Source: an uncultured Lachnospiraceae bacterium (GTDB taxonomy: Bacteria > Bacillota > Clostridia > Christensenellales > UBA1242). Taken from it: DNA of 45,139 nt. A program made the position numbers and the translations under genes. Shown here in pieces: positions 8,524 through 19,242 of this stretch. The stretch spans positions 1-45,139 of the forward strand of contig CAYWFC010000003.1 of assembly GCA_964457935.1 (NCBI GenBank). Direction: 5' to 3'. A model generated the notes under the pieces. It saw only the letters and a program-made list of their open reading frames with translations. It searched no databases and had not been told where the DNA came from. Position 1 is the stretch's first letter. Every line of letters begins with the position of its first letter.

Positions 8524-9513
8524 ATGCAAATAAACGAATCAATAGAGAAACTAAAAGACGCGCTAGTAGCCATGCGTCAATGGATAAACGAGAGTGGCGC
8601 TACTGTGCCTAATGCGGACAGGACTGTGCCCACTCCGCAAGACATTTTGGACGGAATGGCGAATATGAATTTGCCAGACTTGACGCTAGCCAATGCGAGA
8701 GAGTCTGACGTGGCCATAGGCAAGAAGTTTTATGCCGGCAACGACGTGCTCAAAGTGGGCACTCTAGATGCGGACTACTGGGAAAATCAGTATCTGAGGA
8801 CTATAGACAGCACAGCATCAAAAGGAGACTTCGTGATACCGTCGTCTGTCACTGTGCTAGCGCATCACGCATTCGCGTACAACGACAGGCTGACTGGCAA
8901 TGTAATATTGCACGACGACATAGTGGATATGGGGCAGTATGCTTTCTACAACTGCAAGTATTATGAAGGGCAGATATCTTTTCCGCCTAAGATCACCAAA
9001 ATACCGATGGGAACGTATTATGCGTGCCAGCGAAATCCTAGCTTCGTAGACATACCTGACCACATCACTGAGATAGACAGTTACGCCTTTTATGACTGTC
9101 AGAGGCTATCGGGCGTGATAGTGCCTGAGACTGTGACTAGGATAGGGGCGGCGGCTTTTTATAACGACACCAATGTCAAATACATCTGGCTAAAGCAAAA
9201 GACAGAATTCACTATCTCTGACACTGCTTCACTGCAAGGACCAAAGAATGTGATATTTTATTTTGACTTATTGCCTACGTATTTGGTGGCGAAATCTACT
9301 TCGAGATTTACGGCAAAAGTCAGAGGCTGGAAATACCTAGAGACAGAAGACAAACTCCCTACTATGGACGACTACACAGTGACGTGGTTTCCTACCGTAG
9401 AAGATATGATGGATGAGACGAATGGTGTCGTGGCTGACGGCACTGCCACTGCTACTCAGACAGGAAATTGGTTTTGCAGAGTGGTGGCTATACCTACTGA
9501 GGACACCGAGTAG
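8524..9513 (+). CDS. BspA-type leucine-rich repeat protein
   Basis: IPSSVTVLAHHAF, IPDHITEIDSYAFYDCQRL and VPETVTRIGAAAFY repeats. RBS overlaps the upstream stop codon. Confidence 0.85.
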   Translation: MQINESIEKLKDALVAMRQWINESGATVPNADRTVPTPQDILDGMANMNLPDLTLANARESDVAIGKKFYAGNDVLKVGTLDADYWENQYLRTIDSTASKGDFVIPSSVTVLAHHAFAYNDRLTGNVILHDDIVDMGQYAFYNCKYYEGQISFPPKITKIPMGTYYACQRNPSFVDIPDHITEIDSYAFYDCQRLSGVIVPETVTRIGAAAFYNDTNVKYIWLKQKTEFTISDTASLQGPKNVIFYFDLLPTYLVAKSTSRFTAKVRGWKYLETEDKLPTMDDYTVTWFPTVEDMMDETNGVVADGTATATQTGNWFCRVVAIPTEDTE

Positions 9514-9830
9514 TGAGATAAATAAAATATTCTAAATTTGTCTAAAAAAGTGAAAAAATATAGAAAAAATACTAAAAAAACTATAAAAATACAATAAAAA
9601 ATCAAAAAATTGTGAAAATTTGCTAAAAATATTAAAAAAAATAAAAAATAAATAAAAAGACGATAAAATATAGAAATAAAAAATCATAAAATATAAAAGC
9701 AAATATATTTTGGCAAATTAATTTTGGTAAATATATTAAATATCTATAATTTTATTTTACTTTTAATGAATTTATCTTATTTTTAGTAAATTCATTGGAT
9801 TTTGGTACGGCAATATGATAATATATATGT

Positions 9831-10166
9831 ATGGAGTGTTATCACATAGACATCAAGAGTGACGGCGAAGTGGCTAGCGTGGCTATAGCGGAATTTTTGT
9901 GTGCGGTGGAGCAGGCGCGCGCTGGCGGGTACTCGGTGATGAAAGTATTGCATGGGTACGGCAGTCATGGCGTGGGTGGTGTGATAAAGTCCGAACTGAC
10001 AAAGCAATTAAAAATGCTAAAAGCGCAACGTAAGATATGTGATTATTATTTCGGCAACAAAATAGGCGTGCAGGCTAGGCAAAATCTCATCAACAGGTGT
10101 GCGGAATTGTACATTGACAAAGATTTGTACAACCTAAATGCAGGAATTTGTTTTGTTTGTTTGTAA
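9831..10166 (+). CDS. Stand-alone Smr-domain protein
   Basis: KVLHGYGSHGVGGVIK and terminal NAGICFV match the Smr domain pattern. Confidence 0.8.
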   Translation: MECYHIDIKSDGEVASVAIAEFLCAVEQARAGGYSVMKVLHGYGSHGVGGVIKSELTKQLKMLKAQRKICDYYFGNKIGVQARQNLINRCAELYIDKDLYNLNAGICFVCL

Positions 10167-10208
10167 AAATTATTTGCTATTATGCAAAATTTTGGGTACA
10201 ATATATGT

Positions 10209-10979
10209 ATGGAAAAAACTAAAGTAAAAAAATCTAAGAAATCATTTGTAGTATTTATCGTAGGCTTTTTGGTCGGACTAGTGCTGGCGATAGGTGCCTG
10301 TGTGGGGGTGGGGTATTCTGTCGTGCAGAATATGACATTGGCCAAGGCGGAGAAGTGGTTTAACTTCAGCGTCGAACTGGGCTCTGACCCTAGCGGTATC
10401 AAGAAAATGAAATTGCCTGACCTGATAGTATTCTTGGATAGTTACACTAGCGACATAGAGAGTGTGACGCTGAATGACCTAGAGGCGGACTTTGGCATAC
10501 GCGTGGTGGACGAGAACAACTACATCTACGGTGTGGACATCACTGCATTACTCGACATACCTATACCGCAGATACACGACAATCTAGATAAGGTGCTCGA
10601 CCAAGTGAGTCTCAATCTATTGGATACGTGGGGAGTGGACTTGCCCGAAGACTGCGACATAGTGGAAGCGCTGAGAAATGAGAGCTTTGCCGAGCTAGGT
10701 GACGCGATAAACAATCTCACCATACCTGAGATTTTCGGCACGACGGCTAGCAATAGTGGCTTGCTGAAATTATTGCGCGACAAGGGGGCAACGCTATCTA
10801 CTATCAATGCCAAACTAGCAGAACTACTAGACCCTGACACTATGACATTCGACACGCTATACCAGATAACGCAGTTTGACCTGCCAGACGGCAAGCAGTA
10901 TTCAGACTTGTCGCCTACTATCAGGAATAAGACTCTAAACGAGATAATGAGTGAATACATCAGAATGACTGAAATCTAA
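10209..10979 (+). CDS. Hypothetical single-pass membrane protein
   Basis: Basic N-terminus, one hydrophobic helix and an acidic Leu-rich remainder. The ATG at 10209 is preferred. Confidence 0.7.
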   Translation: MEKTKVKKSKKSFVVFIVGFLVGLVLAIGACVGVGYSVVQNMTLAKAEKWFNFSVELGSDPSGIKKMKLPDLIVFLDSYTSDIESVTLNDLEADFGIRVVDENNYIYGVDITALLDIPIPQIHDNLDKVLDQVSLNLLDTWGVDLPEDCDIVEALRNESFAELGDAINNLTIPEIFGTTASNSGLLKLLRDKGATLSTINAKLAELLDPDTMTFDTLYQITQFDLPDGKQYSDLSPTIRNKTLNEIMSEYIRMTEI

Positions 10980-10984
10980 TATTA

Positions 10985-11016
10985 ATCGGCTGATGACCAT
11001 GTCAGCCGATTTTTTT
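10985..11016 (+). terminator. Intrinsic terminator
   Basis: aatcggctga-tgaccatg-tcagccgatt plus T run. Confidence 0.75.
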
Positions 11017-11048
11017 GTGCAGAAAATGATAAAATGTGTGAAAAAGTC

Positions 11049-11150
11049 TTTACAACGGCGTCGCGATGTGCTATAATCTCACCATACCTCGACGAAGCCA
11101 GCCGATACACTCTGACGGTGACTTGGTCGCAGGTGGACAATGTATAAAAG
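11049..11150 (+). promoter_or_regulatory. rpsO promoter and probable S15 autoregulatory leader
   Basis: TTTACA-17-TATAAT with extended TG. The leader has nested pairing acctcgac...gtcgcaggt and gccg...cggt. Structured S15-binding leaders are known in Firmicutes. Confidence 0.55.
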
Positions 11151-11159
11151 GAGTGAATT

Positions 11160-11420
11160 ATGGCAAACATAGATAAGAAAGCCATCATTGCTGAACATGG
11201 TCGTGGCGAGAACGACACTGGTAGCCCAGAAGTACAGATCGCACTACTCACTGCCCGCATCAAGAATTTGACCGAGCATCTGAAGAGCAATCGTCAGGAC
11301 AAGCACAGCACTAGAGGCTTGATGAAGATGGTAGCACAGCGCAGAAGCATGCTGAGATATCTCGAGAAGACTGACATCGAGAGATACCGCGCTATCAAAG
11401 AAAAATTAGGTATTAGATAA
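11160..11420 (+). CDS. rpsO: 30S ribosomal protein S15
   Basis: [16 protein letters not shown]...HLK...[12 protein letters not shown]. Confidence 0.98.
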   Translation: MANIDKKAIIAEHGRGENDTGSPEVQIALLTARIKNLTEHLKSNRQDKHSTRGLMKMVAQRRSMLRYLEKTDIERYRAIKEKLGIR

Positions 11421-11522
11421 TGATTCGGGGTGTATGATGCACCCTGTTTTGTTAAAAAATGGGAAATCCACTTTGTGTAAAGTGGTACAATTACGGGTGT
11501 AATTGTCGGAAAGGAGAGTAAA

Positions 11523-13607
11523 ATGGAACACAAAATATTCAAAACTGTCATAGGTGGCAGAGATGTCGAGGTCGAGGTAGGCAAGTATTGCGGGCTCGCC
11601 AACGGCTCATGTATGGTGAAGTGTGGCGACACTATCGTAATGGTGAACGCTACTATGGCTAAACAGCCTAGACCTAATATTGACTTTTTCCCACTCGGTG
11701 TGGACTATGAGGAGAAGCTATACACCATAGGCAAAATCCCCGGTGGATACAAAAAACGTGAAGGCAGGCCTGCAGACAAGGCTATATTGACTAGCCGTCT
11801 GATAGACAGACCGCTGAGACCGTTGTTTCCGAAAGGATTTTTCAACGATGTGAGCATAGTAGCCACTCCGCTATCAGTGGACCAAGACATTGCTCCAGAG
11901 CCACTGGCTATGTTAGGTAGTTCGATAGCATTGTCTATATCTGACATACCATTCGAGGGACCTACTGGCGCGGTAGAGATAGGTCTGATAGACGGCAAGT
12001 TCATCGTCAACCCTACTGTGGCTGAGAGCGAGAAGAGCGAATTGGCTCTGACTGTAGCCGGTACGAAAGAGGCTATCTTGATGGTAGAGGCAGGGGCTAA
12101 GCAGATCAGCGAAGACACTATGCTAGACGCTATCATGTTCGCGCATGAAGAGATCAAGAAGCAAGTAGCATTCCAAGAAGAGATCGTGGCTAGCGTAGGC
12201 GTGCCAAAGAACACTAACATCACTATTGATGTAGTGCCAGCAGAGATAGACGAGGCTGTGCGCGAGTACGCTGACGCCAAAGTGGACGCAGTGCTAGAGC
12301 ATTTCAATAGGCAAGAGAGAGAAAAAGCCGAAGACGAGATGAATGCCGAGGTACTGGAGCATTTTGCTGAGATATTCCCTGAGCAAGAGAAATATGTAGG
12401 TCAAGTGCTATATAATATGAAGAAAGAGAAAGTACGTGCCAAGATATTGGACAAGGGCATACGTCCTGACGGCAGAGCGTTGACTGAGATACGTCCTATC
12501 TGGTGCGAAGTGGGCAAATTGCCTAGAGTGCATGGCAGTGGTGTATTCACTCGTGGGCAGACTCAGGTGCTGACTACTCTGACTCTGGGTATGCTGGACG
12601 AAGCACAAGAATTGGAAGGTCTAGACGAAGAAGACAGCAAGAGATACATGCATCACTACAATATGCCACCTTACTCGACTGCTGAGGCGAAACCGCTCAG
12701 GTCACCTGGCCGTCGTGAGATAGGGCATGGGGCTTTGGCTGAGAGGGCGCTATTGCCAGTATTGCCTAGCGAGGAAGAATTCCCTTACTGCATACGTACA
12801 GTGAGCGAAGTGCTGTCATCAAACGGCTCTACGTCGCAGGCCAGCGTGTGCGGTAGTACATTGGCGCTAATGGATGCCGGTGTGCCTATATCTAGTCCTG
12901 TGGCTGGTATCGCTATGGGTCTAATCAAAGACAAAAACAGTGACAAAGTGGCTATATTGACTGATATACAAGGATTGGAAGATTTCTTGGGCGATATGGA
13001 CTTCAAGGTGGCTGGTACTGAGCGTGGTATCACTGCTATGCAGATGGACATCAAGATACATGGCATAGACAGGAATATTCTGAAGACTGCGCTAGAGCAA
13101 GCCAGAGTGGGCAGGCTAGAGATAATGAACAAAATGCTCGCTGTCATCCCTGAACCAAGGCATGAATTGTCAAAATATGCACCTAAGATCATCACATTCG
13201 CTATCGACCCTGACAAGATCAGAGAAGTGATAGGTACTGGCGGTAAGGTAATCAATCAGATTATCGCTGAGACTGGTGTGAAGATCAGCATAGAAGACGA
13301 CGGCAATGTATATATCGCGACTAATGATTCCGCTATGGCGCAAAAGGCAAAAGATATCATATTGTCTATAGTAGGCGATGTGGAAGTGGGGCAAGTCTTC
13401 ACTGGCAAGGTAGAGCGCATAATGCAGTTTGGCGCGTTCGTACAGCTCGCTCCTAACAAGGACGGCATGATACACATCTCGAAATTATCTAAAGAAAGAG
13501 TAGAGAAAGTAGAGGACGTAGTCAACATAGGCGACACTGTCAAAGTGGAAGTCATCAAAATAGACGACAAAGGCAGAATTGACCTAAAATTAATCGAAAA
13601 ATTGTAA
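11523..13607 (+). CDS. pnp: Polyribonucleotide nucleotidyltransferase
   Basis: RLIDRPLRPLF, RREIGHGALAERA and GDMDFKVAGT motifs, KH and S1 domains, follows rpsO. Confidence 0.98.
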   Translation: MEHKIFKTVIGGRDVEVEVGKYCGLANGSCMVKCGDTIVMVNATMAKQPRPNIDFFPLGVDYEEKLYTIGKIPGGYKKREGRPADKAILTSRLIDRPLRPLFPKGFFNDVSIVATPLSVDQDIAPEPLAMLGSSIALSISDIPFEGPTGAVEIGLIDGKFIVNPTVAESEKSELALTVAGTKEAILMVEAGAKQISEDTMLDAIMFAHEEIKKQVAFQEEIVASVGVPKNTNITIDVVPAEIDEAVREYADAKVDAVLEHFNRQEREKAEDEMNAEVLEHFAEIFPEQEKYVGQVLYNMKKEKVRAKILDKGIRPDGRALTEIRPIWCEVGKLPRVHGSGVFTRGQTQVLTTLTLGMLDEAQELEGLDEEDSKRYMHHYNMPPYSTAEAKPLRSPGRREIGHGALAERALLPVLPSEEEFPYCIRTVSEVLSSNGSTSQASVCGSTLALMDAGVPISSPVAGIAMGLIKDKNSDKVAILTDIQGLEDFLGDMDFKVAGTERGITAMQMDIKIHGIDRNILKTALEQARVGRLEIMNKMLAVIPEPRHELSKYAPKIITFAIDPDKIREVIGTGGKVINQIIAETGVKISIEDDGNVYIATNDSAMAQKAKDIILSIVGDVEVGQVFTGKVERIMQFGAFVQLAPNKDGMIHISKLSKERVEKVEDVVNIGDTVKVEVIKIDDKGRIDLKLIEKL

Positions 13608-13626
13608 AAAAAGTCTAAAAATATCT

Positions 13627-13664
13627 AAAAAAGGCAGAAAAAAGTGATTTTTCTGTCTTTTTTT
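13627..13664 (+). terminator. Intrinsic terminator after pnp
   Basis: aaaaaggcagaaaaa...tttttctgtcttttt. Confidence 0.7.
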
Positions 13665-13752
13665 GTGCTCAAAGTAAGATATGAGCCGTCAAAAAGGTAG
13701 AGACTGTGTCGAAAAAATACATATTTGGTGAGAGTGGGGCATAAGATATGCT

Positions 13753-14460
13753 ATGAGAAAACGCAGAACGCAAGTGATATCTAATATCATCATTTTCGTC
13801 ATGCTGGTGGGGCTGGCGGTGGTGTCTTTTCCGCTCAAAAGTGCCAGTGTGGCGCGCGTCAACCCGAATGTGATATACTCTGGCGACACCAGTAGCGACA
13901 AAGTGACATTCATGATAAACGTCTATTGGGGGACGGAGTATTTGGACGGGATGCTAGATGTACTGGACGAGTATGGGGTGCATACTACCTTTTTCGTAGG
14001 GGGTGTGTGGGTGAGTCAAAACACTGCCATGCTAAAAGAGATAATCGCGCGCGGGCACGAGGTGGGTAATCATGGCTATCACCACAAAGATCACGACAAA
14101 CTCAGCGAGGATATGAACATCAAAGAGATAGACTTGACGCACAAGCTAGTGCTAGCCAATGCCGACTATGAGATGAGACTTTTCGCGCCACCGTCTGGGG
14201 CGTACAGCGACGTCACTGTCGATGTGGCGTCCAGGCTGGGGTACAAGACTATAATGTGGACGCGCGACACTGTGGATTGGCGTGACAAGGACGCCACTGT
14301 GATATACAATCGTGCCATAAAGAACATCAAGGGTGGAGATTTGGTGCTCATGCATCCTACCGAAAAGACGCTGGAGGCTCTGCCCAAAATACTCGCTTAT
14401 GTGCAAAACGCCGGGCTGGTGGCGACCACTGTGTCGGATAATATATTCGCATCTGTATAA
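13753..14460 (+). CDS. Polysaccharide deacetylase (YlxY-like)
   Basis: N-terminal TM, TFMINVYWG, HEVGNHGYHH, LFAPPSG, DTVDW and LMHPT motifs. Syntenic with pnp. Confidence 0.9.
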   Translation: MRKRRTQVISNIIIFVMLVGLAVVSFPLKSASVARVNPNVIYSGDTSSDKVTFMINVYWGTEYLDGMLDVLDEYGVHTTFFVGGVWVSQNTAMLKEIIARGHEVGNHGYHHKDHDKLSEDMNIKEIDLTHKLVLANADYEMRLFAPPSGAYSDVTVDVASRLGYKTIMWTRDTVDWRDKDATVIYNRAIKNIKGGDLVLMHPTEKTLEALPKILAYVQNAGLVATTVSDNIFASV

Positions 14461-14523
14461 AAAATCAAAAATCTATTGTAAATTATTTTGATTTCGTGTA
14501 TAATTATGGCAGGAGATGATATC

Positions 14524-17367
14524 GTGCCTATATACAAGTCTACAGTCAAAGATAACAAAAAACCTAAAAAGACCAAGCAGCCTAAAGAAAAGAAGCCTAT
14601 ATCGGTCGCCAATGTCAAAAAATATGTGTGCATAGCAGTGATTAGTCTGTGTGCGCTGTTTTTCCTGATGCTGGTATTGCCGAGTAATTTTATGAAGACA
14701 TTTTTGCTAGGGAGTTTTGGGCTATTTATGTATCCGCTATGCGTGGTGGGGGTCATACTCGGCGTGGCAGGGCTGACTGGCAACAAGTATGTCGTAGACA
14801 AGAAATATGTCACTTATCTATGCGTTATTTTGTTTCTAGTACTGATAGTATTTCACCTCGTGCTGACTATGAAATATCCGACAGACAATTTCTCGGCATA
14901 TATATCCAAGTCATACCGCAGTGGAATGACTGCCGGCGGTGTGGTGCTGGGGATACTGGTGTACCCTATACAGTCAGTATTGACGCGTGTGGGGGCGTAT
15001 GTATTCGTCAGCATAGGGCTGGCTATATTCGTGGCGCTTTTGCTCGACTATATCGTGGTGAAGAAATACAACGGCGAGCAGGTGCCTAGCAGATTTGACT
15101 TCGGGCAGATATCGCAAGCCCAAAAGCCAGTCGATGTGCCTATCACTCTCGACCACAAGATAGAGAAAGACAAGAAAGAAATCGCCAAGCACAAACTAGG
15201 CATAGTCACCAGTGAGAGTGAGATAATCAGCACCAATATGCCTATTAATAATATATATGAAAAGGTGACAGACTCTAGGCCGATATCGAAGAAAGAGTAC
15301 ATTTTGACTCCGCCAGAGATAGTGATGCCGTCTGAGCGCAAGTCTACGCCGTACAAGGCACCTACCAATCTAAACGGCAAAACACCAATCAATCTAAACG
15401 ACGCCTTAGCATCCAAGCCTATCGCGGACAACGGCAATGACACCCTGACATCCAAGCCTATCGCGGATGACAGTAACGACAGCGACGGCATAGTGTACAA
15501 AGGCGAAGTGGACGAAGTGCCATTCGAGCCGAGCGAGCCTGAGATACAGCCTGAAACGCAGTCTGAGATACAGCCTGAAACTGTAGTGACTGATTTGGAC
15601 GACATAGATTTGGACAGCGCGGATATAGATATAGACATACAGCCTGAGGTAGAGGACGTCATAGCAGAACAGCCTGCTGACCAGCCAGTAGATCTCAAAA
15701 AAGACATCCCTACTGACGACCTAAATATCTTCGTATCAGCGCAGAGCACAGCCAAACTGGGTGACACCACTGAGAAGAGCGAGCATCAGACTATCAGCAT
15801 AGACAAGGGGATAGAACTGCAGACTGACAAGGTGTTCACTAAGGAATTCAAACCTATGGCGCCACCGCCTAGCATCACCCCACAAGTAATACAAGGCGAC
15901 GCCAAGCCTACTGTCATCAAGCCTTATGTGAAGCCACCGGTAGAATTACTGCACGAGCTGGACAACGACGACAGCGAGAACGAAGAGTATTGCCTAGAGA
16001 ATATAGAGAAGCTGGAGAAAGTGCTAGAGGACTTCAAAGTGCCAGCCAAGGTAATCAACTTCACCATAGGGCCTGCGGTCACTAGGTACGAACTGTCTAT
16101 GCCACAAGGCATAAGTGTCAAGAAGATACAGATGTACAGTGACGACATCGCATTGGCGCTGGCTTCAAACGGTGCCATACGTATAGAAGCACCTATACCT
16201 GGCAAGAATGCTGTAGGTATAGAAGTGCCTAACAGCAAGATATCTGCTGTCAGTCTGCGTTCGCTCATGGACAGCAAGCAATACCAAGAACGTGGCAATC
16301 CTATGTCGTTCGTGCTGGGCAAAGACATCAATGGCGACATACAATTTTGCAATCTGGACAAAATGCCACACCTACTCGTGGCAGGCTCGACAGGCTCGGG
16401 CAAGTCTGTGTGTCTGAACACGCTCATCATCAGTATGGTGGGCAAGAGCAGTCCGCAAGATTTGCGTCTGATACTGATAGACCCCAAAATGGTGGAATTC
16501 TCTATATACGAGAATTTACCGCACCTACTCACGCCAAACATCATCACTACGCGAGAGCAGGCTATCAATAGTCTAAACTGGGCGGTGGCAGAGATGGAGC
16601 GCAGGTACAAACTCCTCACTCAAAATCACGTGGTAAACATACGCGAATACAACAATCTGCCGTTTGTCAAGGCTGACCCACTGAAGAAGATACCATACAT
16701 CGTCATCATTGTGGATGAATTGGCGGACCTGATGATGGAAGCCAAGAAAGACATAGAGGACAAGATAATGCGTCTGGCGCAAAAGGCTAGGGCGGCGGGC
16801 ATACATCTCGTGCTGGCTACGCAGAGGCCTAGTGTGGATGTCATCACTGGCACTATCAAGGCAAACTTGCCTAGCCGTATCACGTTCGCGCTGACCAACT
16901 TCACCGACAGCAAGACTGTCATTGACCAAGGCGGTGCGGAGAAACTACTGGGCAGGGGCGATATGCTATTCAAACCACTCGACGCACCAGAGCCGAAGCG
17001 TGTGCAGGGAGCGTACGTGTCTAGCGAAGAAGTGGCTAGCATAGTGGACTACATCAAAGAGCACAACTCTACTTGCTTCGACGCGGAGACTGAGAAATCT
17101 ATCACTGCGCCACAGACGGCTAATTCGTTCGGCGGTGGCAAGGTGGACAATCTAGACCCAATATTCAAGGACGTATTGAGATTCTTCATACAGACCAATC
17201 AAGCGTCTACTACTTGGATACAGCGTAGGTTCAATGTAGGATTTTCGCGGGCGGGCAGGATAATGGACACTATGACTGATATGGGATTTATCTCACAGCC
17301 GGAAGGCACCAAGCCTAGACAAATACTCATCACTATGGAAGAATTCATCGAGAAATTCGGCGAGTAA
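14524..17367 (+). CDS. ftsK: DNA translocase FtsK/SpoIIIE
   Basis: Four N-terminal TMs, acidic linker, PHLLVAGSTGSGKS, DELADLMM, LATQRPSVDV and gamma domain. GTG 14524 follows an AGGAG RBS; ATG 14506 is an alternative start. Confidence 0.96.
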   Translation: MPIYKSTVKDNKKPKKTKQPKEKKPISVANVKKYVCIAVISLCALFFLMLVLPSNFMKTFLLGSFGLFMYPLCVVGVILGVAGLTGNKYVVDKKYVTYLCVILFLVLIVFHLVLTMKYPTDNFSAYISKSYRSGMTAGGVVLGILVYPIQSVLTRVGAYVFVSIGLAIFVALLLDYIVVKKYNGEQVPSRFDFGQISQAQKPVDVPITLDHKIEKDKKEIAKHKLGIVTSESEIISTNMPINNIYEKVTDSRPISKKEYILTPPEIVMPSERKSTPYKAPTNLNGKTPINLNDALASKPIADNGNDTLTSKPIADDSNDSDGIVYKGEVDEVPFEPSEPEIQPETQSEIQPETVVTDLDDIDLDSADIDIDIQPEVEDVIAEQPADQPVDLKKDIPTDDLNIFVSAQSTAKLGDTTEKSEHQTISIDKGIELQTDKVFTKEFKPMAPPPSITPQVIQGDAKPTVIKPYVKPPVELLHELDNDDSENEEYCLENIEKLEKVLEDFKVPAKVINFTIGPAVTRYELSMPQGISVKKIQMYSDDIALALASNGAIRIEAPIPGKNAVGIEVPNSKISAVSLRSLMDSKQYQERGNPMSFVLGKDINGDIQFCNLDKMPHLLVAGSTGSGKSVCLNTLIISMVGKSSPQDLRLILIDPKMVEFSIYENLPHLLTPNIITTREQAINSLNWAVAEMERRYKLLTQNHVVNIREYNNLPFVKADPLKKIPYIVIIVDELADLMMEAKKDIEDKIMRLAQKARAAGIHLVLATQRPSVDVITGTIKANLPSRITFALTNFTDSKTVIDQGGAEKLLGRGDMLFKPLDAPEPKRVQGAYVSSEEVASIVDYIKEHNSTCFDAETEKSITAPQTANSFGGGKVDNLDPIFKDVLRFFIQTNQASTTWIQRRFNVGFSRAGRIMDTMTDMGFISQPEGTKPRQILITMEEFIEKFGE

Positions 17368-17494
17368 TATACATCCACATTGTTCGTGCGGGCGGGCAGT
17401 GTGGATTTTTTCGCGCGAAATGAAAATTTTTTTTGAAAATCTTTTGATATTTCGTGCAAATGTGTTATCATTAGGTATAACAAAGGAGAAATAT

Positions 17495-18073
17495 ATGAAT
17501 TTACCTAATAGAATCACTCTGGCTAGGATAATAATGATACCATTCGTGATGTTCTTTTATCTAGCAGATTTTGTGCCTTACGGCAAGGCTATCGCGATAG
17601 GACTATTCATCATCGCTGCGTACACTGACCATTTGGACGGGTCGATAGCGCGAAAGAGAAATCTAGTCACTGATTTTGGTAAATTCCTCGACCCTATAGC
17701 GGACAAACTGCTAGTGGCATCGACATTGTTCCTCATCATATGTGACGGCACTGTGGCTCAGCCTTGGGGGGTCATCATCGCGACTGTCATCATAGCGAGA
17801 GAGTTTATGGTGTCCGCGCTACGCATGGTGGCTGTGACAAAAGGCAAAGTGGTCGCTGCCGACATTTGGGGCAAGATCAAGACATTCGTGACTGATATAG
17901 CACTGCCTATGTTTATGTTCGTGGCATTGAGCGCGCAGTACGGATTCCTTGGCGACACGTGGCTAAAGGTGGTCACTATAGCATCGTATGCCATGCTGGG
18001 GCTGGCTACACTATTCACTCTGATGAGTGGGGTGAATTATCTAGTGAAGAATAGAGAAGTATTTAAGGATTAG
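17495..18073 (+). CDS. pgsA: CDP-diacylglycerol--glycerol-3-phosphate 3-phosphatidyltransferase
   Basis: [11 protein letters not shown] and [28 protein letters not shown]. Start at ATG 17495 after AAGGAG. Confidence 0.95.
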   Translation: MNLPNRITLARIIMIPFVMFFYLADFVPYGKAIAIGLFIIAAYTDHLDGSIARKRNLVTDFGKFLDPIADKLLVASTLFLIICDGTVAQPWGVIIATVIIAREFMVSALRMVAVTKGKVVAADIWGKIKTFVTDIALPMFMFVALSAQYGFLGDTWLKVVTIASYAMLGLATLFTLMSGVNYLVKNREVFKD

Positions 18074-18081
18074 GAGTATAT

Positions 18082-19065
18082 ATGGCAGACAAGAAACAAG
18101 CATTGGAGCAGGCTATCGCTCAGATAGAGAAGCAATTCGGCAAAGGCTCTATAATGAAGATGGATGAGAACGGACTACAGGACATAGACGTCATACCTAC
18201 TGGCTGTCTGTCGCTGGACAGCGCGCTGGGCATTGGTGGCTTGCCACGTGGCAGGATAGTAGAGATATATGGACCAGAGTCTTCGGGTAAGACTACTGTG
18301 GCATTGCACGTAGTGGCAGAGGCGCAAAAACTCGGTGGTACTGCGGCATTTATAGACGCAGAGCACGCGCTCGACCCGCTGTATGCTGGCAAACTGGGTG
18401 TAGACATCGCTAGTCTATACGTGGCACAGCCTGATACAGGCGAGCAAGCGCTAGAGATATGCGAACAACTGGTGCGCAGTGGCGGTGTAGACATAGTCGT
18501 GGTCGACTCTGTGGCGGCATTGACTCCAAAAGCCGAAATAGACGGCGAAATGGGCGACAGTTTCATAGGCTTGCAGGCGCGACTGATGAGTCAAGCACTC
18601 AGAAAACTCACAGCAGTGACTGCTAAGAGCAATACTCTGGTGATATTCATCAATCAGCTGAGAGAGAAGGTGGGCGTGATGTTTGGCAACCCTGAGACTA
18701 CTCCGGGGGGCAAGGCATTGAAGTTTTATGCCAGTGTGCGCCTAGACGTCAGAAAGATAGACACGCTAAAGAACGGGCAAGATATGTATGGCAACCGCAC
18801 TCGCGTCAAGGTGGTGAAGAACAAAGTGGCGCCACCATTCAAGCAGGCGGAATTCGACATTATCTATGGCGAGGGGATATCGCTACTGGGATGTTTGCTC
18901 GACATGGCTATAGAGAAAGAAATCATAGACAAGAGTGGCTCGTGGTTTAGTTACCAAGGCAGTAAGATAGGTCAGGGCAGAGAAAATGCTATCGCTTATC
19001 TGCAGTCCCACCCTGAGATGGCTGACGAGGTGGACAGCGCTGTGAGAGAGAAGATCAAGAGATAA
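18082..19065 (+). CDS. recA: Recombinase A
   Basis: [28 protein letters not shown] and [14 protein letters not shown]. Confidence 0.99.
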   Translation: MADKKQALEQAIAQIEKQFGKGSIMKMDENGLQDIDVIPTGCLSLDSALGIGGLPRGRIVEIYGPESSGKTTVALHVVAEAQKLGGTAAFIDAEHALDPLYAGKLGVDIASLYVAQPDTGEQALEICEQLVRSGGVDIVVVDSVAALTPKAEIDGEMGDSFIGLQARLMSQALRKLTAVTAKSNTLVIFINQLREKVGVMFGNPETTPGGKALKFYASVRLDVRKIDTLKNGQDMYGNRTRVKVVKNKVAPPFKQAEFDIIYGEGISLLGCLLDMAIEKEIIDKSGSWFSYQGSKIGQGRENAIAYLQSHPEMADEVDSAVREKIKR

Positions 19066-19242
19066 TGAGTAGGGCAAAATAGAAATATTTTGCCTTAATT
19101 TCTAAATAAATGGCAAATAAAATGTCTAAAAATAGTGATTTTTGGGCAAGAATGTAAAAAAATGTCCAAAAAATAGTATTTTGGGGACATAAAATAAAAA
19201 AATATCGAGAAATGTCGCTTTTGGGCGAAAAATAGGGCTGAT

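Noticed and set aside
6812-9513. Prophage or diversity-generating retroelement
   Set aside because: No integrase, capsid, terminase or reverse transcriptase, and no template/variable repeat pair seen.
17368-19242. LexA (GAAC-N4-GTTC) boxes before pgsA/recA or recN
   Set aside because: No convincing match found by eye in the intergenic segments.
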